A DNA stretch of 64,000 nt from an uncultured Pseudomonadota bacterium. Its GTDB lineage: Bacteria > Oederibacteriota > Muellerivitia > Muellerivitales > Muellerivitaceae. The notes under the pieces are model-generated. The model worked only from the letters and a program-made list of their open reading frames with translations, was not told the DNA's origin and did no database searches. The stretch covers positions 1,600,001-1,664,000 of the forward strand of contig CAWIIP010000002.1 of the NCBI GenBank assembly GCA_963836235.1. Reading direction: 5' to 3'. Made by a program: the position numbers and the translations under genes. Positions 29,032 to 37,655 of this stretch are shown one piece after another; the stretch's first letter is position 1, and the number at the start of each line of letters is the position of its first letter.

Positions 29032-29139
29032 TGAACCACGAAGGCACGAAGGGCACCAAGAAAAGCAAAAAAACCGGACCTGTTTTCTAAAAAGATTCTT
29101 ACTGTTTTCTTTTGTCGTTCTTAGTGCCCTTGTGGTTCA
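29032..29139. repeat. Palindromic MITE/REP-like element, family 1
   Basis: TGAACCACGAAGGCAC...GTGCCCTTGTGGTTCA terminal inverted repeats with ~9-nt subrepeats. Related copy at 61241-61352. Confidence 0.7.
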
Positions 29140-29169
29140 TCAGGCCTTTTTGGGGTGTAAACCCTTTTC

Positions 29170-29198
29170 TTGATTAGCCCTAAAAAGAAGGATATTCT
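29170..29198 (+). promoter_or_regulatory. Possible promoter for the FN3/CTD gene (near-leaderless)
   Basis: TTGATT-N17-TATTCT ending 6 nt before ATG 29205. Confidence 0.3.
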
Positions 29199-29204
29199 TA
29201 TTAA

Positions 29205-32200
29205 ATGGATTCAAAACCGATGGTAAAACTTCCACCTAATCCTATTCGTTCATCCTTGTTTTCGTCTTTTCTCCTAGCCGCTTTTCTCCTGAGCCCTCTC
29301 CAAGCTTTGGCCGTCGACACCTTTAATTATGTGGTTCCCACCTCCCCTTACGCGGGAGTGACCTATCAAACGAACAGCCCGGTGACTTTTAACGTCCAGG
29401 CCCTGAGCGGGGCGTCCGTGGATAATGGTTTCAATGACGTGGTGACGGTGGGCCTCTACAACACCGCCACGAGCCAGTTGTCCGACCCCACAGCCGTCTT
29501 TGTTCCCAGCGGCCACGGGCCCGTCATCGGAGCGACCGCCCCCATGACCTTTCAAAGCGGGATATTGAATTTTGGCGTCACCCTGACCGCCGGGTCCAAT
29601 TCCATGCAGGTCAGCATTCAGGACGCCTCCATCACCGGTTCCACCGCCACTTATCCGGGAACCATGGGGAATGTGGGGGGGCCGGGTTATAACGTGGAAG
29701 GCTATTTCCAGCAGTATTTCCTGGCCACTTCCAGCGGAACCAGCATCCCCGCCTTTTATTCGCCCCTTCCCACCCCGGGCCCGACGGACCTGCTCCTGAC
29801 CAGCCCGGTCACGAATAACGCCAACTACACCTCGGTGACAGTGATCTCCGACATCGGCCTCACCAGCGCCGCCGCGGTGAGCAACTCCCTTTGTTTCGCG
29901 GTAACGGGAGTGACGGGGGGATACGCGGGGTTGAACGCGGGGGTATCGGTTGATTTACAGGCTTACCGGTCCAATCTCACCTCATCCGCCCCGGTTAGTT
30001 TTGAGGTGATCCTGGATTACAACGGAACTTTGACGGATTACAACACCCCGGACCTCAGCCAGGACACGGTTTATTCCGGGTCCATTCCCAACCTCGGCAG
30101 CAACAGCGCGGCGCCCAGCAGCTTTTTGACCAATCTTTCCACCGTCACCGGAATTTCCCCCCCGGCTTTCATGACCAACGGCCAGGTGATCCTGCGCTTT
30201 TGGACGGGCGCCGCCTCCACCAACACGGTCAATCTCGAGTGGAGCGACTACGAGGGCCAGGGATTTCTTTCTTCCATTATCGTTCCTTATTCCAACAGCA
30301 ACGTCCAGCCGGTGACGGCCGCCATGAGCCCCCCGGTCGTCCTGGACAGCGCCACCAACATTCCCGTGACCTATACCATCAACAACCAATATTCCTCGCC
30401 CATCAGCTACCTGACCATTCAAATTCCCACCAACAATCCCTCGGGTTCGGGAACACCCTTTAGCGTCAGCCTGCCCGGCTCCCTGGCCAGCCTTCCCGGC
30501 AGCAGCCTCGGCGTGCTCCAGGCCACCAATTCCGCCCCCGGGGCCATTACCTTGATTTCCGGGACGACTCCGATCGCAGTGGATCAGGTGATCCAAATTC
30601 CACTGACCATCACCTGTTCCAGCCAATCCAACGCCTGGGCTTTCCCCCTTCAGACAGTTTTATCCAACGCCGATATTAGCGTGCCTTCGGTTTCCGGCGG
30701 GGCGGTCATCACTTCCGAAGCGCCTCCGCCGGTTCCAGGGTCCTTCACGGCCTCGGCGGCCGCTTACATCACCCTCGGCGGCGGCAATGTGGCCCTCAAC
30801 TGGGGGCAAGTGACCCTTGATGGGGCCCTTGGTTATGTGCTCACGCGAAGCCCGGTGGGAGGCCTCTTCGCCAACTCCGTGACCCTTCCCAATGGGATGG
30901 TCGTGGCCAACGCGGTGACTCTTACCCCCAACAGCACCCTCAGTTACGTCGATTCCACGGCGGCCAACCTGACGGCTTATAACTATACCTTGACGGCCTT
31001 TAACGCCGTGGCCCAGTCGACGGTGCCAGCGACTGCCGGGCCGGTAACTCCCTATGCCGACCCAGGGCCTCCATCCGCCTTACAGGCCCTGACCGGCGGA
31101 GCGACAATCCAACTCAACTGGGCGACCCCCGTCGCCGTGCCCGGTTCCTATCCCGTGACGGGGTACCAAATTTACCGGGGAACCTCGCCGGGAGGCGAAA
31201 GCTCGACGCCCGTGGCCCAAGTGGGCCTGGTGACGACCTACAATGACCCGGGTTTAATCGCGGGAACCACTTATTACTATTACCTCTCCAGCATGGACAA
31301 TCAGTATAGCGGCGGAGCGACCTTTGGCCCCCACGACAGCGGGCCTTCCGCCCCCGTCACCGGATTCCCCAACGGCTGGCCTCCTACGGGGCTTACCCCC
31401 AGCCTGGTTTCACCCAGCATCCCCACGATTGGTTTAAGCTGGACGGCCCCCGATTCCACCCTTCTTTTGAACGGTCCGGTGACGAATTACCTGATTTACA
31501 AGGTTTTGGCTCCGGGAGTTCCGATTTATTACGCGTCGGTAGGCAGTAACGCCACGACCTTCGCGGACAGCACCGGCTTGGCCCAGGGGAACAGTTACAG
31601 CTACCAGGTGGCGGCCATCGACAGCGCGGGGGTGACTTCCAATCTTTCGAACCTGGCGACCCAGTCGGTCGGGCCCTCGGCGCCATTAGGCCTCAGTGCT
31701 ATCCCTTCCGCCAGCGGTGTTACCCTGACCTGGAATGCCAACCCGGGAACCCAAGGCGTCACCCAATATGTGGTCTATCAAAACGGTGTTTCCATTACCG
31801 CCACGGCGGGGGTCAGCTTCCTGGTTCCCTCCGCTACCGCCGTTCAGGGCCAAAACGACGGCTATACCTTGGCCGCCATCGGGGGAGGAGTTACCTCGCC
31901 TCTGTCCTTGGCCGTATCCTCGGCCTTGTTTCCCGTGGGGGAGACGGGCTTTACGGTCGCGGCGGCGCCCACCCCGAACACGACGGTCAACCTAAGCTGG
32001 GCCCCGCTGATCGCGGGTAACGCCAACGCGGTCAGCTATAACCTTTACCGGAACACCACCAACAGCTACCCCGCCGGGGCGGTGGCCGTGGCTTTGGGGA
32101 TACCCGTGACGACAGCGGGGAACCCGGTGACCTCCACCCAAGACCTGGGGCTGACGCCAGGAACCATCTATTATTATTTCCTCCAGGCCGTGAACCCCTA

Positions 32201-35200
32201 CGGCGTGGGCTCGGTGACCGAACAAGCCCTTCAAATCCCGCCCAATCCGCCGGGAACCCCGACGGCCACCTCTTCCACCAGCGCCGTGAACCTGTCCTGG
32301 ACAGCCATCGCCGGCCAGAACGTCTCCCAATACACCATCTACCGCTCCCAATTGCCTGCCGGGAGCCCAGCGGTGGTGGGGACGGCCACGCCCGGAACGG
32401 CTTCCAGCTTCACCGACAGCGGCCCCCTGGCCCAGGGTGTCACCTATGTTTACGACCTGACGGCCACCAACCCCGGAGGGGGACCGGGCATACCGGGAGG
32501 GGAAAGCGGGCCTTCCGGTTTCGTCACCTGGGGCTTGGCGCCCGCGGCTTCCACCGGCCTGGCCATTTCGGGGATCAGTACCGGCAATGCCATCACGCTG
32601 GCTTGGAACAATGTCACGGCTACCGACCCTAACGCCACGGCGGTCTCGCTGTTCGTCAACGCCAACTCCGCCGTCACGACGGGAGCTGTCCTTACGCCCA
32701 TTTCACCCGTCTCAAGCCTTTCTGTTACCGACAGCGGAGTTTTTAATAGCAGTGTCACGGGAGAAAGCCCGGATACCACCTATAACTATTGGCTTCAAGT
32801 CACCGCGCCTTTCGGTACCAGCGCTTTGGAAGGGCCCATCGCCCAATTGACCTATCCCGCCGCCGTCAATTTGATGCCGGTAACCCTGGGCACGGATGGA
32901 GTTTCCCGGATTTTGGAATGGAACGTCCTTCCGGCGGACGTGACGGGCTATACCGTTGACCAAGTTAACGGGGGAGTCACCCAAACCCAAGCTTATCCGG
33001 CCAACGCGGCGGGAGCCCCCGTCACCTTGGCCCTCGCCACCCAGCCGGGACTTACCTATACCTATTATGTCACGGCGACCAACGCCACCGGGGTCGGGCC
33101 GATTTCCAACGGCCAAACTTTCAGCAGCCTTCCCTCAGCCCCCGTCAGCGTGACGGCGGTTTCGGGAACCAGCAACACGGGAGTCACGGTTGTCCTTTCC
33201 TGGTCGGATCCGGTTTCCGCCTCCCAAGGCGTCACCGCCTATACGGTTTACAAGGCCACGGCCCTGGCCGGGCCTTATACGGCGGCGGTTTCAGGGCTTA
33301 CCAGCTTCACTTATTCCGACTCCACCGATTCGGGCAGCGTTTCTTATTTCTATATCCTCGCGGCGGACGACAACATGGGCCAGGAAAGCTTCCTTTCCAC
33401 CGCCAACGCGGTGGCGGTCACGGCTTTCGCCCTGCCCAACCCGCCGGGGACGCCCACCGCCGTTCCCTCCAACGGGGCGGTTTCCCTTAATTGGACCACG
33501 GGATCACAGACCACTTATTCCGTTTCCAGTTACGATATCAGCCGGGTGAACGCGGGGGTTACCACGGTCATTCCCACGGCGGGAATAACTTACAACGACA
33601 CCGCGGTAGTGAACGGCTTCACTTATGTTTATTTCCTTCAAGCGGTGGATAGCCAAGGCAACCTGAGCCCCGCGACAGCTTCGGTAACCGTCACGCCCTT
33701 GAACACACCGGGCCCGCCGCAAAACCTGGGAGTCGGGGCGGGGGACCAGGAACTATTATTGACCTGGAAAGCGGGGACGCCGGGGACCTTGCCTATCGGC
33801 AGTTACTTGATCTACCGGATTACCTCCGGGCCCGTAACTTCAGCGCCCATTTCGGTCACGGCCACCTCGACGAGCTATTTGGATACGGGACTGACGGACG
33901 GGACCTCCTATAGCTATTACATGCAATCGGTCGATTCAACGGGGGTCACCACGGGCCTGGATATCAGCCCTCCTTCGGCCCTGGTGTCCCAAACCCCCGT
34001 TTTAGGGGACGTTAACCCGGCTAGCAATTTGGCCGCCAACGCGGGGGCCGCGCAGGTGATCCTCACTTGGACCGATTCGGTGACCGTGATTGGCGGGGCC
34101 GACGTCACTAGTTACAACGTTTATCGGAGCACTTCGCCCACCTTCGCCAGCCCCGTGACCTTGGCGCCTGTGCCGGTGTCGGGTCCGACCCAGGCTGTCA
34201 CCGACACGGGTCTGACCAACGGCACTCCTTATTATTATTACGTGACCGCCGCCGCCCTCAGCAATGTGAGCGCCAGCAGCGCCACAGTATTCGGGATTCC
34301 TTCGATTCCCCCCGCCGCCCCCACAACCTTAGTCGTCACCCCGGGTAACCAGCAGGTTCTCATTGACTGGCCCGCCTCGGCGCCAGTGAGCGGATCCCTG
34401 CCTATTTCCTTCTATATAGTGACCATCAACGGGGCCCCGGTTACGGTCCCCGCGACCCAAACCTGGTATTTGGATTCGGGCTTGACCAATCCAGAGGCTG
34501 TTACCGTCAGCATCCTGGCCGTGGATACCACGGGTCTGGCCAGTGGAAACCACGAGAGCACGGTCGTGGGACCCATTACGGTCAATACCAGCGCGTCGGA
34601 CCTGAACCCGCCCACGAGCTTAACCGCCTCCCTCTCAGGAACGACGGCCATCAAGCTTACTTGGGTCGCGCCCGCGAACGAGGCCAGTTACCCGGTCACA
34701 GCCTATAACATCTACCGGGCGGGTAATTTTATTACCGCGGTGGGGAGCCCCCTGGTGACCCTGGCCAACACCACCCCCGTCACTTCTTATGTGGACAGCG
34801 GCTTGACCCCGGGTACTACCTATTATTATGTCATCCAGGCGGTTTACTCCTCCGGGCCTTCCGGCCCTGGCCCATTGGACAGCCCCAATTCCAACAACGC
34901 CACGGCGACGGCTCCCGCCCCGACCGCGGGCGTGCCGCCAGTCACTGTGGGGGTTATGGCTTTCGACGCCAATATTCTGAAACCCCTGACCGGCCAGCAA
35001 CTGGGGATTTATTTCATGGCCCCCAACAGCGGGCCTGTGGAAATTGACATTTATAATATCTCGGGCCATCCCATCCGGGCCCTTTACGCCACCGCCATCG
35101 CCGACGTGGCCGTTAACCTGGCCTGGGACGGCAAGGACCGCGACGGCAGTTGGGCCGCCTCCGGGGTTTACTTGATTGAAATTAAGGCTCCGGGCCTTCA

Positions 35201-35231
35201 CCAGATCAAGAAAGTGCTGGTGGTTAAGTAA
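29205..35231 (+). CDS. 2008-aa secreted fibronectin type III repeat protein with C-terminal FlgD-Ig/T9SS CTD-like domain
   Basis: Sec signal (..LQALA|VD), ~14 FN3 units (P..P..L....L.W....Y.IYR...Y.D..L..G..Y.Y...A), and tail IDIYNISGHPIRAL...WDGKDRDG...SGVYLI..K..KKVLVVK. Confidence 0.88.
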   Translation: MDSKPMVKLPPNPIRSSLFSSFLLAAFLLSPLQALAVDTFNYVVPTSPYAGVTYQTNSPVTFNVQALSGASVDNGFNDVVTVGLYNTATSQLSDPTAVFVPSGHGPVIGATAPMTFQSGILNFGVTLTAGSNSMQVSIQDASITGSTATYPGTMGNVGGPGYNVEGYFQQYFLATSSGTSIPAFYSPLPTPGPTDLLLTSPVTNNANYTSVTVISDIGLTSAAAVSNSLCFAVTGVTGGYAGLNAGVSVDLQAYRSNLTSSAPVSFEVILDYNGTLTDYNTPDLSQDTVYSGSIPNLGSNSAAPSSFLTNLSTVTGISPPAFMTNGQVILRFWTGAASTNTVNLEWSDYEGQGFLSSIIVPYSNSNVQPVTAAMSPPVVLDSATNIPVTYTINNQYSSPISYLTIQIPTNNPSGSGTPFSVSLPGSLASLPGSSLGVLQATNSAPGAITLISGTTPIAVDQVIQIPLTITCSSQSNAWAFPLQTVLSNADISVPSVSGGAVITSEAPPPVPGSFTASAAAYITLGGGNVALNWGQVTLDGALGYVLTRSPVGGLFANSVTLPNGMVVANAVTLTPNSTLSYVDSTAANLTAYNYTLTAFNAVAQSTVPATAGPVTPYADPGPPSALQALTGGATIQLNWATPVAVPGSYPVTGYQIYRGTSPGGESSTPVAQVGLVTTYNDPGLIAGTTYYYYLSSMDNQYSGGATFGPHDSGPSAPVTGFPNGWPPTGLTPSLVSPSIPTIGLSWTAPDSTLLLNGPVTNYLIYKVLAPGVPIYYASVGSNATTFADSTGLAQGNSYSYQVAAIDSAGVTSNLSNLATQSVGPSAPLGLSAIPSASGVTLTWNANPGTQGVTQYVVYQNGVSITATAGVSFLVPSATAVQGQNDGYTLAAIGGGVTSPLSLAVSSALFPVGETGFTVAAAPTPNTTVNLSWAPLIAGNANAVSYNLYRNTTNSYPAGAVAVALGIPVTTAGNPVTSTQDLGLTPGTIYYYFLQAVNPYGVGSVTEQALQIPPNPPGTPTATSSTSAVNLSWTAIAGQNVSQYTIYRSQLPAGSPAVVGTATPGTASSFTDSGPLAQGVTYVYDLTATNPGGGPGIPGGESGPSGFVTWGLAPAASTGLAISGISTGNAITLAWNNVTATDPNATAVSLFVNANSAVTTGAVLTPISPVSSLSVTDSGVFNSSVTGESPDTTYNYWLQVTAPFGTSALEGPIAQLTYPAAVNLMPVTLGTDGVSRILEWNVLPADVTGYTVDQVNGGVTQTQAYPANAAGAPVTLALATQPGLTYTYYVTATNATGVGPISNGQTFSSLPSAPVSVTAVSGTSNTGVTVVLSWSDPVSASQGVTAYTVYKATALAGPYTAAVSGLTSFTYSDSTDSGSVSYFYILAADDNMGQESFLSTANAVAVTAFALPNPPGTPTAVPSNGAVSLNWTTGSQTTYSVSSYDISRVNAGVTTVIPTAGITYNDTAVVNGFTYVYFLQAVDSQGNLSPATASVTVTPLNTPGPPQNLGVGAGDQELLLTWKAGTPGTLPIGSYLIYRITSGPVTSAPISVTATSTSYLDTGLTDGTSYSYYMQSVDSTGVTTGLDISPPSALVSQTPVLGDVNPASNLAANAGAAQVILTWTDSVTVIGGADVTSYNVYRSTSPTFASPVTLAPVPVSGPTQAVTDTGLTNGTPYYYYVTAAALSNVSASSATVFGIPSIPPAAPTTLVVTPGNQQVLIDWPASAPVSGSLPISFYIVTINGAPVTVPATQTWYLDSGLTNPEAVTVSILAVDTTGLASGNHESTVVGPITVNTSASDLNPPTSLTASLSGTTAIKLTWVAPANEASYPVTAYNIYRAGNFITAVGSPLVTLANTTPVTSYVDSGLTPGTTYYYVIQAVYSSGPSGPGPLDSPNSNNATATAPAPTAGVPPVTVGVMAFDANILKPLTGQQLGIYFMAPNSGPVEIDIYNISGHPIRALYATAIADVAVNLAWDGKDRDGSWAASGVYLIEIKAPGLHQIKKVLVVK

Positions 35232-37168
35232 TGAACGACCAAAAAAGTTCTGAGTTCTTAGTTTTGAGTTCTAAGTTAAAGAGAATTTTCAATTTTGAGG
35301 TGCAAATTGAAAATTTCATTAACTTAACACTTAACACTCAAAACTTAAAACTCGCCACACAACGATTATTCGCGGTTAACCTGTTCATCCTTGTTTTCTG
35401 CACGGTGGGCGCGGTGCGGGCCCAACAGCTCACCAGCGGCGCCGATTTTCTCACCATCGATAGTGGCGCGCGAAGCGAGGGCATGGGTGGGGCCTTTACC
35501 GCTATCGCGGATGACGTGACGGCGCTCACCTGGAACCCGGCGGGATTGGCCCTTTTAAGCCGCCCCCAAGCGGGCTACCTGCACATGCTTTACTTGAGCA
35601 ACATCGGCTACAACTTCGGCGGGGTGGCGGTGCCCCTGAGCGCCGGGGAAGACACCTTCGGGCTTGGCGCTGGGATCGTCAACCTGGGAACCGGCAGTTT
35701 CGACAGCACTTTGGGGCTGGCCCCCGCGGTTTCCGCCGGGGACAACGCCTTTTTACTTTCCTTCGCTTACCGGGTGAAAAGCATCGTTTCTTTCGGGGTG
35801 ACGGGAAAATATATCCTACGCGATCTCGCGGGATATAACGCCAGCGCTTTCGGAGGGGACGCGGGCGTCCTCTTAACCCCGGGGGACCGCGTGCGTATCG
35901 GGCTGGGTGTTTTTAATTTCGGCCAGCAGGTGCAGTTCATTTCCGCCGCCGACCCCCTGCCCCTCAGCGGCCGGTTGGGGCTGGCCTGGAAGGTACTCGA
36001 CGTTCCCCACAATAGCCTGACGCTTGCCGCCGATAACGGCTGGCAGTTCGGAAGTCAAACCTACACCGGCGCGGCCGGGGCCGAATATTGGTACGACCAA
36101 ACCCTAGCCCTGCGGGCGGGTTTCACGGGCGACTCCTACCAACAGCATCCCACCGCCGGTGTCGGGATCAATGTGGACCCGGTGGAGTTCGATTACGCCT
36201 TTTCGCCCCAGGGCACCCTGGGCGACACCCACCGCTTCTCCCTCGTCCTGAATTTCGGCCCGGAGGCCATGGAAGGGTTAATGGCCCCCACGGGCTTCAG
36301 CGCCCTTCCCTCGGACGGATCCATCTCCCTCCATTGGAAGCCGGTCCCCTCCAACGCGGTTGTGGGTTATAACATTTACGTGAAGAAGCCCAACAGTGAA
36401 AACCTGGTGCTGGTCACCAAAAGGCCCTTGGGTGTCGGCGAGTTCTCGGTCCGGTTGAACCACCTAGTGAACGGGCAGAATTACACTTTTGGAATCGTCT
36501 CGGTCAGCGCGGCGGGGCGCGAAAGCTCCCTGGCGACCCTGGCCACGGCGCCGGAAGCGGCGGCCGTCCCGCCCGCGCCGATCCTGCAGGCCCCCACGGG
36601 GTTCAAGGCGACGGCCACGGCGGAAGGGTTCAACCTCACCTGGGACAAAGCGCTTTCCACCGACGTGACGGGTTCTTACCTTTACATCGCCGACGATATG
36701 GGCAAGCCGGTGAGAAAATTATCGCCCAACCTGATCACGGACAACATCGTGGTCCTTAAAAAAGCAAACCCCGAAAAAACCTACCACTTCCTCTTGACCG
36801 CCGTGAATAAGGCCGGAAGCGAGAGCGTGGCGGCACCCCTGACCGTGAATTTCACGGACCTGAAAAAAGCCATGATGGCCGCCTTGCTGCCGCCGCCCGC
36901 CCACCTGACGCTTCAGGTGAACGGCGCCAAGGTGAATTTGAGCTGGGATAACGCGGGGGCGGGGATGAAATACAACGTTTACGTGTCCCACGACGGGGCC
37001 AGCTTCAAGCTTTTAACCCCCATCGGAACCGACAAAACTCAAGCCGTGCTGGGCCCCCTCAAGGCCGATACCGCCTATTATTTCGGCGTGACCACCCTGA
37101 CGCCCGACGGCAAGGAAAGCGATAGGGCCGTCCAGCCGCTTCCAACTCCAACTGCCGCCACTAAATAG
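35231..37168 (+). CDS. PorV/PorQ (UPF0164) family outer-membrane barrel fused to three FN3-like domains
   Basis: GADFLTIDSGARSEGMGGAFTAIADDVTALTWNPAGLA, GAEYW..LALRAG and DYAF..GTLGDTHRFSL motifs. TAATG coupling to the upstream gene. Confidence 0.85.
   Translation: MNDQKSSEFLVLSSKLKRIFNFEVQIENFINLTLNTQNLKLATQRLFAVNLFILVFCTVGAVRAQQLTSGADFLTIDSGARSEGMGGAFTAIADDVTALTWNPAGLALLSRPQAGYLHMLYLSNIGYNFGGVAVPLSAGEDTFGLGAGIVNLGTGSFDSTLGLAPAVSAGDNAFLLSFAYRVKSIVSFGVTGKYILRDLAGYNASAFGGDAGVLLTPGDRVRIGLGVFNFGQQVQFISAADPLPLSGRLGLAWKVLDVPHNSLTLAADNGWQFGSQTYTGAAGAEYWYDQTLALRAGFTGDSYQQHPTAGVGINVDPVEFDYAFSPQGTLGDTHRFSLVLNFGPEAMEGLMAPTGFSALPSDGSISLHWKPVPSNAVVGYNIYVKKPNSENLVLVTKRPLGVGEFSVRLNHLVNGQNYTFGIVSVSAAGRESSLATLATAPEAAAVPPAPILQAPTGFKATATAEGFNLTWDKALSTDVTGSYLYIADDMGKPVRKLSPNLITDNIVVLKKANPEKTYHFLLTAVNKAGSESVAAPLTVNFTDLKKAMMAALLPPPAHLTLQVNGAKVNLSWDNAGAGMKYNVYVSHDGASFKLLTPIGTDKTQAVLGPLKADTAYYFGVTTLTPDGKESDRAVQPLPTPTAATK
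35246..35353. repeat. Inverted heptamer-repeat hairpin inside the PorV-like leader
   Basis: AGTTCTG AGTTCTT AGTTTTG AGTTCTA AGTTAAA, inner AATTTTCAATTT/AAATTGAAAATT stem, then AACTTAA CACTTAA CACTCAA AACTTAA AACTC. Confidence 0.8.
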
Positions 37169-37260
37169 GGTTCAATCTTCGGTTTCCAGGATAAAATCCC
37201 TCATTCGCTAGTAACCTTATTCACTTTTATGACCTAATACCAGTCGTCGGAGGTTTCGCT

Positions 37261-37605
37261 ATGGAATCCAACACACCCGAAAAGCTTTCGGAAAGAAAAT
37301 GCAAACCCTGCGAGGGGAGCACCAAGCCGTTGAATTTGGTGATGATCAAGGGACACCTGACCCAATTGCCGGGCTGGGATTTGGTGGAGGGCTGGATCGT
37401 GAAGACCTTCACTTTCCAAAACTTCCACGAAACAATGTCTTTCGTGAACGCGGTGGCTTGGATCGCCAACCGGGAGGACCATCACCCGGACATGGAAGTG
37501 GGCTACAAAACCTGCAAGGTGAAATATATAACCCACGCCATCAAGGGCCTGTCGGAGAACGACTTCATCTGCGCGGCGAAAATCGAAGAACTGCTCAAAA
37601 GATAA
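37261..37605 (+). CDS. phhB: Pterin-4-alpha-carbinolamine dehydratase
   Basis: CKPCEG, EDHHPD and THAIKGLSENDFICAAKI motifs. Confidence 0.93.
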   Translation: MESNTPEKLSERKCKPCEGSTKPLNLVMIKGHLTQLPGWDLVEGWIVKTFTFQNFHETMSFVNAVAWIANREDHHPDMEVGYKTCKVKYITHAIKGLSENDFICAAKIEELLKR

Positions 37606-37655
37606 GTTTGGGTTATTTTAAGTTTCAATAATCCAAAATTCTCACTGGAGAAATC

